This document shows positions 49,157 to 57,654 of a stretch of 64,000 nucleotides of DNA, piece after piece. Source of the DNA: Terriglobia bacterium (GTDB taxonomy: Bacteria; Acidobacteriota; Terriglobia; 20CM-2-55-15); contig CBDAOY010000009.1 in the NCBI GenBank assembly GCA_965198225.1, positions 1,120,001 to 1,184,000 of the forward strand. The letters run 5' to 3'. How positions within the stretch are numbered: position 1 is the first letter of the stretch; each line of letters starts with the position of its first letter. Under the pieces are notes generated by a model. That model ran no database searches. It was not told the origin of the DNA and worked only from the letters and a program-made list of their open reading frames with translations. Made by a program: the position numbers and the translations under genes.

Positions 49157-50485
49157 TTACCGTCCGATCGCGTAGACGGCATCGTCGGAACGGATGAACA
49201 ATCGGCCTCCGGCAATCGCCGGCGATGCCAGCTGCCGGGCATCGAGCTTGTTGCGCGCGAGGACTCGAGGGTCGCGGCCGGCTGCCAGGACGATGGTTTC
49301 TCCGCCTTCGCTGAGGAGGTAGATCTTGCCGTCGGCAGCCACCGGCGAGGCGCTGAAGACACCACCGATTCTCTGCTGCCACACGCGATCGCCGGTCTCT
49401 GCGTCGGTGACGGTGACGATCCCGACATCACCCACCATGTAGACCAGGCCGTCGTGATAGACGAGGGAGGAGACGTAGGGTGCGCCCGTTCCCACCCTCC
49501 AGAGGACATGACTGTTGGTGACGTCCCCGGCCCCACCCGGTCGGATCGCCATGAAGGGGCCGCTACGGTAGCCGCGACTCGTGTAGATCACTCCGTCGTT
49601 CTGGACCGGCATGGGGATCGGGAAACGATTCGACTCATCGAATTGCCAGAGAAGCTCGCCGGTGGCGAGATCATGGCCGGCCATCCCTACGCTCGAGTTC
49701 ACGATGATTTCGGCGGAATCCGTCGTCTCGATGACGAACGGCGTGCTGTAGGAGATGACACCCCTGGGTCGATCCACCTTCCAAGTGTTCCGTCCGGTAG
49801 CGGAATCCAGCCCAAGCAGGTAGCCTTGCGGTTCGTGGTAGCAGACCAGGATCACCGTACCGTCATGGACGATCGGCGAACTGCTGTGGCCCCAGTTGAT
49901 GCGGAAGGGTCCGTAATCTTCTGCCAGGTTGCGTTCCCAGACGAGTTTGCCGTCCATGTCGAGTGCGATGATCTGACCGGTGCCGAACCATGCGTAGACA
50001 CGTTCACCGTCGGTGACTGGACTCGGAGAGGCCAGGTTGTGCTTTTCGTGAACCGACGGCAGTCCTCCCTCCGGCTGGAGTGCGTATTCCCAGAGCCGGG
50101 CGCCGCTCGCGCGGTCCAGGGCGGTTACCAGGAACGACACGTCCCCCCCGCGGTCTCGCCTCGTTCCGCTCCCCAGCGGGGTCTCGCCTTCCGCTCCCGC
50201 ATCACCTGCCTGGAAGAGCCTGGGGCCGCGTCGGGAGTTGCCGGAGCCGGCCTGCGCTGTCACAAAGACATAGTTGCCCGAGACGATGGGCGACGAGATT
50301 CCGAGGCCGCGGATTTCCGTTTTCCAGGCCACGTTCTCGCTCTCGCTCCATTCCGTTGGCAATCCCGTCTCCGACGAGACCCCGGTTGCGGAAGGCCCGC
50401 GCCAGTGTGGCCAGTCGTCGGCTGAGAGGGTTGATGTGACTACGGCAATAGCCAAGAAGATCAGCAGGACTCTCGATCTATTCAT
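49157..50485 (-). CDS. exported PQQ-like beta-propeller protein
   Basis: Signal peptide, DWPHWRGP, GISSPIV, APYVSS, ASPAIAGGRLFIRS. Confidence 0.88.
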   Translation of the reverse strand: MNRSRVLLIFLAIAVVTSTLSADDWPHWRGPSATGVSSETGLPTEWSESENVAWKTEIRGLGISSPIVSGNYVFVTAQAGSGNSRRGPRLFQAGDAGAEGETPLGSGTRRDRGGDVSFLVTALDRASGARLWEYALQPEGGLPSVHEKHNLASPSPVTDGERVYAWFGTGQIIALDMDGKLVWERNLAEDYGPFRINWGHSSSPIVHDGTVILVCYHEPQGYLLGLDSATGRNTWKVDRPRGVISYSTPFVIETTDSAEIIVNSSVGMAGHDLATGELLWQFDESNRFPIPMPVQNDGVIYTSRGYRSGPFMAIRPGGAGDVTNSHVLWRVGTGAPYVSSLVYHDGLVYMVGDVGIVTVTDAETGDRVWQQRIGGVFSASPVAADGKIYLLSEGGETIVLAAGRDPRVLARNKLDARQLASPAIAGGRLFIRSDDAVYAIGR

Positions 50486-50632
50486 GGATGTTATCTCCGG
50501 CGTCGGGTGTGTGCTATAGCCGTAACCTATCAAGCCCAACCGGGCAGCACAAGCAGGGAAAGGCCGTGGCACGGTTCAGCCTCTACTGGTTTTCGAGGGT
50601 AGGGAATTTTGAAGGGGGGATCTCCTGAGGAG

Positions 50633-50702
50633 GTGTAGGTGCGGTCTATGACCGCACATTCTTCGAGCCGAAACGCTGTGCGCTCATAGAGCGCACCTAC
50701 AC
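50633..50702. repeat. GTAG-type REP doublet
   Basis: GTGTAGGTGCGGTCTATGACCGCAC-N-GTGCGCTCATAGAGCGCACCTACAC. Confidence 0.9.
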
Positions 50703-50796
50703 CCGATCCTGAAACCTTTCGTCCACTGATTCCAACAGCCTTAACCCGCCTCCGAAGTGTTCCTTTCCAGCTGTTTTGGACAGCGATGACCAGCGA

Positions 50797-51327
50797 TCAT
50801 CCTCCTTCGTGGAGGGAATCTCCCGGTTTCAGGTCCCCGCTGATCTGGACGGTGTAGCCGTCGGGATCCGACACGTGGTAGCTGGCGTACGTGCCGCCAG
50901 GACCACGGTCGAGGCGGGGTTCCAGCCCCCGGCGTTCCAGTTCGCCGCGTACCGTGTCCGAGTCCCAATTTTCGATCTTGTATGCCATGTGATCGATCGT
51001 CGGCAGGTTGGTTCCGGCACTGCCGTTGCGGGCGATCAGGAGCGACTCGCCGAATTGGAGCTGACAGGAACTTTCGCCGTTATCCCCAGCGACGGTCATT
51101 CCCAGCAGGTCGGAATACCAGTCCCGGGTCCTGGCGTAGTCTGCGACCTGGAAGGAGATGTGATCGACGCTGACGGCTTTGAAGCTCTTCGCCTGTGCGG
51201 CTGCGGGCGTGGCGGCGCCTGCGGCCGACGCCGCGGTGGCTGCAAGCGCCAGGCTCTGGATGAGCTGGCGCCGGCTCATGTGTCCGTTCTCGAAATCCTG
51301 AAGCAGTTTGGCGATTACGTTTTCCAT
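50797..51327 (-). CDS. Tat-exported VOC/glyoxalase family protein
   Basis: SRRQLIQSLALAA twin-Arg signal; VDHISF, IDHMAY, DPDGYTVQI. Confidence 0.85.
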   Translation of the reverse strand: MENVIAKLLQDFENGHMSRRQLIQSLALAATAASAAGAATPAAAQAKSFKAVSVDHISFQVADYARTRDWYSDLLGMTVAGDNGESSCQLQFGESLLIARNGSAGTNLPTIDHMAYKIENWDSDTVRGELERRGLEPRLDRGPGGTYASYHVSDPDGYTVQISGDLKPGDSLHEGG

Positions 51328-51399
51328 GTCTTATAAACCTCCCAGGGAGCGTGCGGTTGTTGGGATATCCTGCACGATTTCGGTGGCGGACGCCAGCGT

Positions 51400-53631
51400 T
51401 CAGAAGCTGAACAGTTGTGTGAACTTCACGACCAGTGCCCGGTCCAGCAACTGGCCGGTCTGCGTATCGCGGCGTTCGTTGAAGACCACGTAGAGGTCGC
51501 TGAGCGGGTGGTGGATGATATGGAAGCGGACGTTCGAGCTGAACTGTCGGGCGTCCGTGTTGTACTGGAGGAACGCGTTCAGGAACATCTTCGTGGTGAA
51601 GGAATAGAGGAGCCGGGTTCCGAGGAGGTTCGTGTTGAACGAGCCGTTCGACAAACGGACCTGGTTCCTGCTGTAGTCCAGATCGACGTTCAGATGCGGG
51701 TTTGGCTTCCACGCGACGCCGAGGCTCGCGGATTCCCGCCTTCCGTCCCAAAACTCGCCGAACTGATACCGGGCGCTGCCGGAGACCTTCCGTGACCGGT
51801 TCGAGTTGTAACGGATCCAATAGGTGTCGTAGTTGTAATCGCCGGCTGGGATCGGGATGTCGGACCGGATAGCGAAGTCGCGCGTTAGCCTGTCGAACGT
51901 CCGGATCGCTACGAGATTGATCGCCGATCCCCCGTAGAACGCGATGCCCGTCCCGAGGGTCTGTTCGCGTGTCTCGATCTCCCCGTCGTTGTTGGCGTAG
52001 TAGTCGATGCCGGTCGAGAAGGTGAGGTTGCGGATGCGATCACTGCTTTCAATCCGAGGTCTCCAGGACGCGTTGCCGGATGTCTTTTCGATGTTTCGCC
52101 TTCTAATGAACCCGACCTCCGGGTTGAAGTTCTGCTGCGTCTCGTGATACGAGGCGCCGATCGTGAAATCGCGGTCGAGCCAGGCGGCCTCGAACTGGCG
52201 CGCCTGATCTCTACCCGACACCTCGGGTGTGGTGCTCTTGAGGACGTAAGAGCCCAGTTCCAGTCTCCGAAACAGACGAAACCGGGCGTCCACTCCGAAC
52301 AGACGGTTGTAGTCCCCGGATGCGGTCGGATCGCGATTCGTAAAGATTGCTCCGATCCAGGAGCTTTCCATCAGGTTTCTCTTGATACGGCCGACCGTGA
52401 AGGTGTCCGATGGCCGTCGGTCGATGCTCTCTGTCTTCATCGACAGCAGCCCGACCTCATAGCCGCCCACTTTTCCGGACAGGCGGGCTCCGCCCACGAT
52501 CGGTACGGGAGTGCTGCCCGACAGTCCGATTCGACGGCTGAAGAACGGGATGACATTTGCCCCCCCACCGCGCCGCCCCCGTACAGGCTCTCCAAAAGCG
52601 AAAACGCCCGAGTTTTCGATGAAAAACTCCCTTTTTTCGGGAAAGAAGAGGCTGAACCGTGTGAGGTTGACCTGCTGCTGGTCGGCCTCCACCTGTGCGA
52701 AATCCGTACGGTAGGTCACGTCCAGCGTTACCGACGGCGACAACCCATACTTAATGTCGACGCCGCCGTCGTAGTCGTCGTCCACCGGAAGCTCACCGCC
52801 TTCACGAACCTGTCTGAAACCCGCGATCGCAAAAGGCTTCACCTTGAGGTTCCGTCCCTGGTGGATCCCCTCGAGCCCGCGCAACGTTCCGGCCATCGAG
52901 GTCCGTGTCGCGTTGTAGGGGCGCGGCAGGGGGGACCAGTGACTGTCTTCGTTCTTCTGACGCACCCGACGTCGGAGCTGCAGGCCCCACTCCTGGGAAC
53001 TCTCAGCGTTGAAGCGCACCGTCTTGAAGGGAATCTGGTACTCGGCGATCCACCGGTCTTCGTGGACGGCCACCTCGACTTCCCACACGCCGTCCCAGTT
53101 CGGGTTTATCACTCCTCCGTCATTGTCGGTTTGCGCGTCATACCGCGCACCGGCCGGGTTCGTCCCGAAGGCGAACGCCGACCGGCGATTGTTGAGCGTG
53201 TCGAGCACGACGATGATTCCGTCGTTGTCGGTCGTCCCGAAATCCTTCTGTAACTGGGTGGCGACGATGGTGCGGGGGTCCGCCTGGAAGCAGATGGCCG
53301 CAACATAGAGGTTGTTATCGTCGTAGAGGAAGTACAGTTCTGTCGGCTCGGTTGCTGGCTGCCCGGGACTGGGCTCGTATTGAATGAAGTCGTCCGCCGG
53401 TGTGGCCGTTTCCCACGAAGCTTCTTCGAGCACACCGTCGATGACGATCTCTTCGTCTGTCCGGACCGCCGTCGCGATGCGGCTGAACCGGGCAGTCGCA
53501 TAATCGATCGGGTTGCCGGCGACGATGCTGCCGTTATCACTCCGGACCGCTGGATCCTGACCCCGGGCGAGGGAAAGTCCGGAGAAGAGGAGGAACAGAC
53601 CGGCGAATGCGCACAAGTTCTTCAGAAACAC
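51400..53631 (-). CDS. DUF5916-type outer-membrane protein (CBM9-like N-domain + beta-barrel), paralog 1
   Basis: Signal peptide, IDGVLEE..W, WDGVW, TDFAQVEAD...NLTRFSLFFPEKREFF.E, FFSRRIG, C-terminal Phe. Confidence 0.85.
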   Translation of the reverse strand: MFLKNLCAFAGLFLLFSGLSLARGQDPAVRSDNGSIVAGNPIDYATARFSRIATAVRTDEEIVIDGVLEEASWETATPADDFIQYEPSPGQPATEPTELYFLYDDNNLYVAAICFQADPRTIVATQLQKDFGTTDNDGIIVVLDTLNNRRSAFAFGTNPAGARYDAQTDNDGGVINPNWDGVWEVEVAVHEDRWIAEYQIPFKTVRFNAESSQEWGLQLRRRVRQKNEDSHWSPLPRPYNATRTSMAGTLRGLEGIHQGRNLKVKPFAIAGFRQVREGGELPVDDDYDGGVDIKYGLSPSVTLDVTYRTDFAQVEADQQQVNLTRFSLFFPEKREFFIENSGVFAFGEPVRGRRGGGANVIPFFSRRIGLSGSTPVPIVGGARLSGKVGGYEVGLLSMKTESIDRRPSDTFTVGRIKRNLMESSWIGAIFTNRDPTASGDYNRLFGVDARFRLFRRLELGSYVLKSTTPEVSGRDQARQFEAAWLDRDFTIGASYHETQQNFNPEVGFIRRRNIEKTSGNASWRPRIESSDRIRNLTFSTGIDYYANNDGEIETREQTLGTGIAFYGGSAINLVAIRTFDRLTRDFAIRSDIPIPAGDYNYDTYWIRYNSNRSRKVSGSARYQFGEFWDGRRESASLGVAWKPNPHLNVDLDYSRNQVRLSNGSFNTNLLGTRLLYSFTTKMFLNAFLQYNTDARQFSSNVRFHIIHHPLSDLYVVFNERRDTQTGQLLDRALVVKFTQLFSF

Positions 53632-53637
53632 GCATCT

Positions 53638-53666
53638 AGTGTGGCTGAAGGGAGAAGGTATGTCGA
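53638..53666 (-). promoter_or_regulatory. putative leaderless promoter of DUF5916 paralog 1
   Basis: TCGACA-N17-CACACT-N6-GTG; no SD; conserved upstream of paralog 2. Confidence 0.5.
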
Positions 53667-53774
53667 TAGTCTGGTCGAAGCCGTCCGACCCGGCGATCGG
53701 CCGTCAGCCACCAGCTTTCGCAGACGGGGTTTGATAGAGCGTACCCGCCCGGAGGGCGGTCTGCGCGAAGGATA

Positions 53775-53934
53775 GTGTAGGTGCGGTCTATGACCGCACA
53801 GCCTTCGAGCCGAAACGATGTGCGCTCATAGAGCGCACCTACACTTGAGGATCGCAGGTTCTTCGTGAAAAGCCCCGCCACCCGATTCTCCAACAAATGA
53901 CATTCGTTCACAGCTTGATAGAGCGCGCCTACAC
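53775..53934. repeat. GTAG-type REP doublet plus a half unit between the DUF5916 paralogs
   Basis: Doublet 53775-53844; half unit ATAGAGCGCGCCTACAC 53918-53934. Confidence 0.85.
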
Positions 53935-53949
53935 CCGGGCGTGACGTTC

Positions 53950-56178
53950 CTAGAAACTGAACAACTGCGTGAACTTCACGACCAGCGCGCGGTCGAGTAA
54001 TTGACCGGTCTGGGTGTCGCGGCGTTCGTTAAAGACCACGTAGAGGTCGCTGAGCGGGTGGTGGATGATGTGGAAGCGGATGTTCGAGCTGAACTGTCGG
54101 GCGTCCGTGTTGTATTGCAGGAACGCATTCAGGAACATCTTCGTGGTGAAGGAATAGAGGAACCGGGTTCCGAGGAGGTTCGTGTTGAACGAGCCGCTCG
54201 AGAGACGAACCTGGTTCCTGCTGTAGTTCAGGTCCACGTTCAGGTGCGGGTTCGGTTTCAACCCGAGACCGAGGCTGGCCGATTCCGCCCTTCCATCCCA
54301 GAACTCGCCGAACTCATAGCCGACGTTCCCGGAGACCTTCCGTGACCGGTTCGAGTTGTAACGGATCGAATACCTGTCGTAGTTGTAATCGCCGATCGGG
54401 ATCGAGAGGTCGCGGCGAATGGCGAAGTCCCGTGTGAGGCGGTCGAACGTGCGTGTCGCGTTGAGGTTGATGGCCGATCCTCCGTAGAATGCGATGCCCG
54501 TTCCGAGAGTCTGCTCGCGCGTCTCGACCTCGCCGTCGTTGTTGGCGTAGTAATCGATGCCGGTCGAGAACGTGAGGTTGCGGATACGGTCGTTGTTTTC
54601 GAGTCGCGGTCTCCACGAGAAACTGCCCGAGGTCTTCTCGATGTTTCTCCTTCGGATGAACCCGACCCCCGGGTTGAAGTGTTTCTGCGTTTCGTGGTGT
54701 GAGGCGGCGATTGTGAAATCCCTGTCCAGCCAGGCGGCCTCGAACTGCCGCGCCTGGTCGCCACCGGATACCCCAGGCGTCGCGCTCTTCAGGAGGTAGG
54801 AGCCCAGTTCCAGTCGCCGAAACAGCCGAAACCTGGCGTCCACCCCGACCAGGCGGTTGTAGTCACCCGACACAGTGGAATCGCGGTTCGTGACTATTGC
54901 TCCGATCCAGGAGCTTTCCATCAGGTTCCTTTTGACTCGACCTACTGTGAACGTGTCCGATGGGTTTCCTTCGATGCTCTCGGTCTTCATGGACAGCAGA
55001 CCCACGTCGTAGCGTCCCAGCTTGCCCGAAAGGCGAGCCCCACCCACGATGGGAACAAGAGTGCCGCCTGAGAGTCCGATTCGCCGGCTGAAAAACGGGA
55101 TGACGTTCGCCCCTCCACCGCGCCGCCCAAGAACAGGCTCTCCGAAACCGAAAACGCCCGAATTCTCGATGAAGAACTCCCTCTTTTCGGGAAAGAAGAG
55201 ATTAAAGCGGGTCAGGTTGACCTGCTGCTGGTCCACCTCGACTTGTGCAAAATCCGTACGGTACGTGACGTCGAGTGTGAGCGATGGGGTCAGCCCGTAT
55301 TTCAGGTCCACGCCGCCGTCGTAATCGTCATCCGTCGGGAGCTCCGCACCTTCACGAACCTGTCTGAAGCCCGCGATCGCAAAGGGCTTGACCTTGAGAT
55401 TCCGTCCCTGCCGGATACCCTCGAGCCCGCGCAAGGTTCCCGCCATCGAGGCCCGCGTCGCGTTGAAGGGGCGCGGGAGCGGAGACCAGTGGCTGTCTTC
55501 GTTCTTGGCCCTTACCCGTCGGCGAATATTGAGGCCCCATTCCTGTGAGCTCTCCCTCGTGAAACGGACGGTCTTGAACGGGACCATAAACTCCGCGATC
55601 CATCGGTCGTCATGAACCCTCACCTGGACATCCCAGACGCCGTCCCAGTCCCTGTTGATGACGCCGCCATCGTTGGCTGTCTGGGAGTCGAACCGTGCCC
55701 CAGCGGGGTTGGTTCCGAAGACGAACCCCGACCGGAGGTCATGGAGCGTGTCGAGGATGAACGCGATTCCGTCGTTGTCGGTCGTCCCGAAATCCTTCTG
55801 CAGCTCTGTTGCGACGATACTGCGAGGGTCCGCCTGGAAACAGATCGCGGCGACGTAGAGATTGTTGTCGTCGTAGAGGAAGTAGAGCTCGGTCGGCTCA
55901 GTTGCAGGGGCTCCGGGACTCGGCTCGAATTGAATGAAGTCCCCTGCGGGCGAGGCTGTCTCCCAGGACGCTTCTTCGAGCACCCCGTCGATGACGATCT
56001 CTTCGTCCGTCCGGACTGCCGTCGCGATGCGGCTGAACCGGGCTGTCGCATAGTCGATCGGGTTGCCGGCGACGATGCCGCCGTTATCGTTCTGGGCCGC
56101 CTGATCTTGTCCCCGGGCAGAGAGTCCAAAGAAGAGGAGGAACAGAAAGGCGAATGGGTACAACTTCTTCAAAAACAC
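53950..56178 (-). CDS. DUF5916-type outer-membrane protein, paralog 2
   Basis: Colinear with and highly similar to 51400-53631 over its full length. Confidence 0.85.
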   Translation of the reverse strand: MFLKKLYPFAFLFLLFFGLSARGQDQAAQNDNGGIVAGNPIDYATARFSRIATAVRTDEEIVIDGVLEEASWETASPAGDFIQFEPSPGAPATEPTELYFLYDDNNLYVAAICFQADPRSIVATELQKDFGTTDNDGIAFILDTLHDLRSGFVFGTNPAGARFDSQTANDGGVINRDWDGVWDVQVRVHDDRWIAEFMVPFKTVRFTRESSQEWGLNIRRRVRAKNEDSHWSPLPRPFNATRASMAGTLRGLEGIRQGRNLKVKPFAIAGFRQVREGAELPTDDDYDGGVDLKYGLTPSLTLDVTYRTDFAQVEVDQQQVNLTRFNLFFPEKREFFIENSGVFGFGEPVLGRRGGGANVIPFFSRRIGLSGGTLVPIVGGARLSGKLGRYDVGLLSMKTESIEGNPSDTFTVGRVKRNLMESSWIGAIVTNRDSTVSGDYNRLVGVDARFRLFRRLELGSYLLKSATPGVSGGDQARQFEAAWLDRDFTIAASHHETQKHFNPGVGFIRRRNIEKTSGSFSWRPRLENNDRIRNLTFSTGIDYYANNDGEVETREQTLGTGIAFYGGSAINLNATRTFDRLTRDFAIRRDLSIPIGDYNYDRYSIRYNSNRSRKVSGNVGYEFGEFWDGRAESASLGLGLKPNPHLNVDLNYSRNQVRLSSGSFNTNLLGTRFLYSFTTKMFLNAFLQYNTDARQFSSNIRFHIIHHPLSDLYVVFNERRDTQTGQLLDRALVVKFTQLFSF

Positions 56179-56184
56179 CGGTCT

Positions 56185-56214
56185 AGTGTGTCCGAAAAGG
56201 AAGGGGTATGTCGA
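56185..56214 (-). promoter_or_regulatory. putative leaderless promoter of DUF5916 paralog 2
   Basis: TCGACA-N18-CACACT-N6-GTG. Confidence 0.5.
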
Positions 56215-56335
56215 CAGGAACTATCCCGGAAGCCAATAGTGCGGCGGCTGTTTGACCCCACTCCCGGCGTTCTGTACTATTCAGCCAACTTTTTGTTTCC
56301 CAGACTTTCGATTTGCGTCTCTCAGGAGGTGGACG

Positions 56336-57559
56336 ATGAGGCAGATGACGGGCCTGGTTGCGAACCGGAGGCGGTTTCTGAAGTTTCTTGCCGGCAGCCC
56401 TTTGCTGGCGATGGGTTCCATCGGCAGTTCGATCCCGGAGCTTCTGGGAGAGGCGATACAGGATGCCGGGCTCATCGACAATCCGGCCGATGCGATCAAC
56501 GTATTCGATTTTGAACCGGTCGCACGGAACGTCCTTCCGCCGGCCCACTGGGGCTACATGGCGACCGGTGTCGATGACGATGCGACACTCGAAGCCAACC
56601 GCGAAGGCTTTGCAAAGTTTGCGATTCGCCCACGCCGTCTCGTCGACGTCAGCCGGACCGATCTGTCGACCGAGCGGTTCGGTATGACCTTGAAGAGTCC
56701 CATCATTCTTTCTCCAGTCGGTAGCCAGAAGGCCTTTCACCCGGACGGTGAAGTCGCCGTAGCCCGGGCCGCGAAGGCGAGGGACCATCTGCAGATTCTA
56801 TCGACGGTCACGACCTCTTCGGTTGAGGAGGTCGCCGAGGCGCGTGCCGGGGCGGTCTGGTATCAGCTCTACCCGCAAGGGAGTCTGGAGATCGCGACGG
56901 CGCTGATCCGGCGTGCTGAAGCAGCCGGCAGTCCCGCGATCGTCCTGACTATCGACCTGCTCGCGGGCCGAAACACCGAGACCTCGGAACGGTTCGCCCG
57001 CACCGACGACCGCACGTGTGCAAATTGCCATCCACCGGGTAATCGCAATGCCCGTAAGCCGATGCTGGCGGGTCTCGATCCTGCCGTCCTGGAGACCCGG
57101 GGTCCGAACTCGGCGCTCACATGGGATTTCGTCCGTCGGCTGCGGGACACGGTTCGCGGCCGGCTCGTCCTGAAAGGCATCGAAACGAGCGAGGATGCCC
57201 GGCTTGCGGTCCAGAACGGGGTGGACGGCATCATCGTCTCAAACCACGGCGGCCGCGCAACGGAGAGCGGCCGCGGAACGATCGAAGCGCTACCGGAGGT
57301 CATCGACGCCGTAGCAGACCGGATTCCAGTCCTGATCGATGGCGGGTTTCGTCGCGGCACCGACATCTTCAAAGCCCTGGCCCTTGGTGCGCGCGCGATC
57401 TGTATCGGCCGGCCCTACATCTGGGGTCTGTCCGCGTTCGGCCAACCCGGCGTGGAGAGGGTGTTGGAGATCCTGGAGCAGGAATTCGAGCTCGTGATGA
57501 AGCAATCCGGGGCGACGTCACCCGGCAACATCGGCCGTGCATACGTCACCCGGCGCTAG
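56336..57559 (+). CDS. Tat-exported FMN-dependent alpha-hydroxy-acid oxidase/dehydrogenase with a CxxCH insert
   Basis: SD AGGAGG; NRRRFLKFLAG; WYQLY, LTID, VLKGI, VSNHGGR, DGGFRRGTDIFKALALGA, GRPYIWG; loop DDRTCANCH. Confidence 0.9.
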   Translation: MRQMTGLVANRRRFLKFLAGSPLLAMGSIGSSIPELLGEAIQDAGLIDNPADAINVFDFEPVARNVLPPAHWGYMATGVDDDATLEANREGFAKFAIRPRRLVDVSRTDLSTERFGMTLKSPIILSPVGSQKAFHPDGEVAVARAAKARDHLQILSTVTTSSVEEVAEARAGAVWYQLYPQGSLEIATALIRRAEAAGSPAIVLTIDLLAGRNTETSERFARTDDRTCANCHPPGNRNARKPMLAGLDPAVLETRGPNSALTWDFVRRLRDTVRGRLVLKGIETSEDARLAVQNGVDGIIVSNHGGRATESGRGTIEALPEVIDAVADRIPVLIDGGFRRGTDIFKALALGARAICIGRPYIWGLSAFGQPGVERVLEILEQEFELVMKQSGATSPGNIGRAYVTRR

Positions 57560-57654
57560 AGCGCCCCTACACCCGATCCTCCCGGTGTAGGTGCGGTCTA
57601 TGACCGCACAATCTTCGAATCGAAACCCTGTGCGCTCATAGAGCGCCCCTACAC
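57557..57654. repeat. GTAG-type REP half unit plus doublet between convergent genes
   Basis: TAGAGCGCCCCTACAC (57557-57572, includes the stop codon) and a doublet at 57585-57654. Confidence 0.88.

Noticed and set aside
25203-50485. Calling the propellers bamB or PQQ dehydrogenases
   Set aside because: No clear lipobox or bam/der context, and I could not identify quinoprotein catalytic motifs by eye
43531-57654. Repeated palindromic units as a CRISPR array
   Set aside because: Units are inverted doublets dispersed between genes, not direct repeats with unique spacers, and no cas genes are present; they fit REP elements
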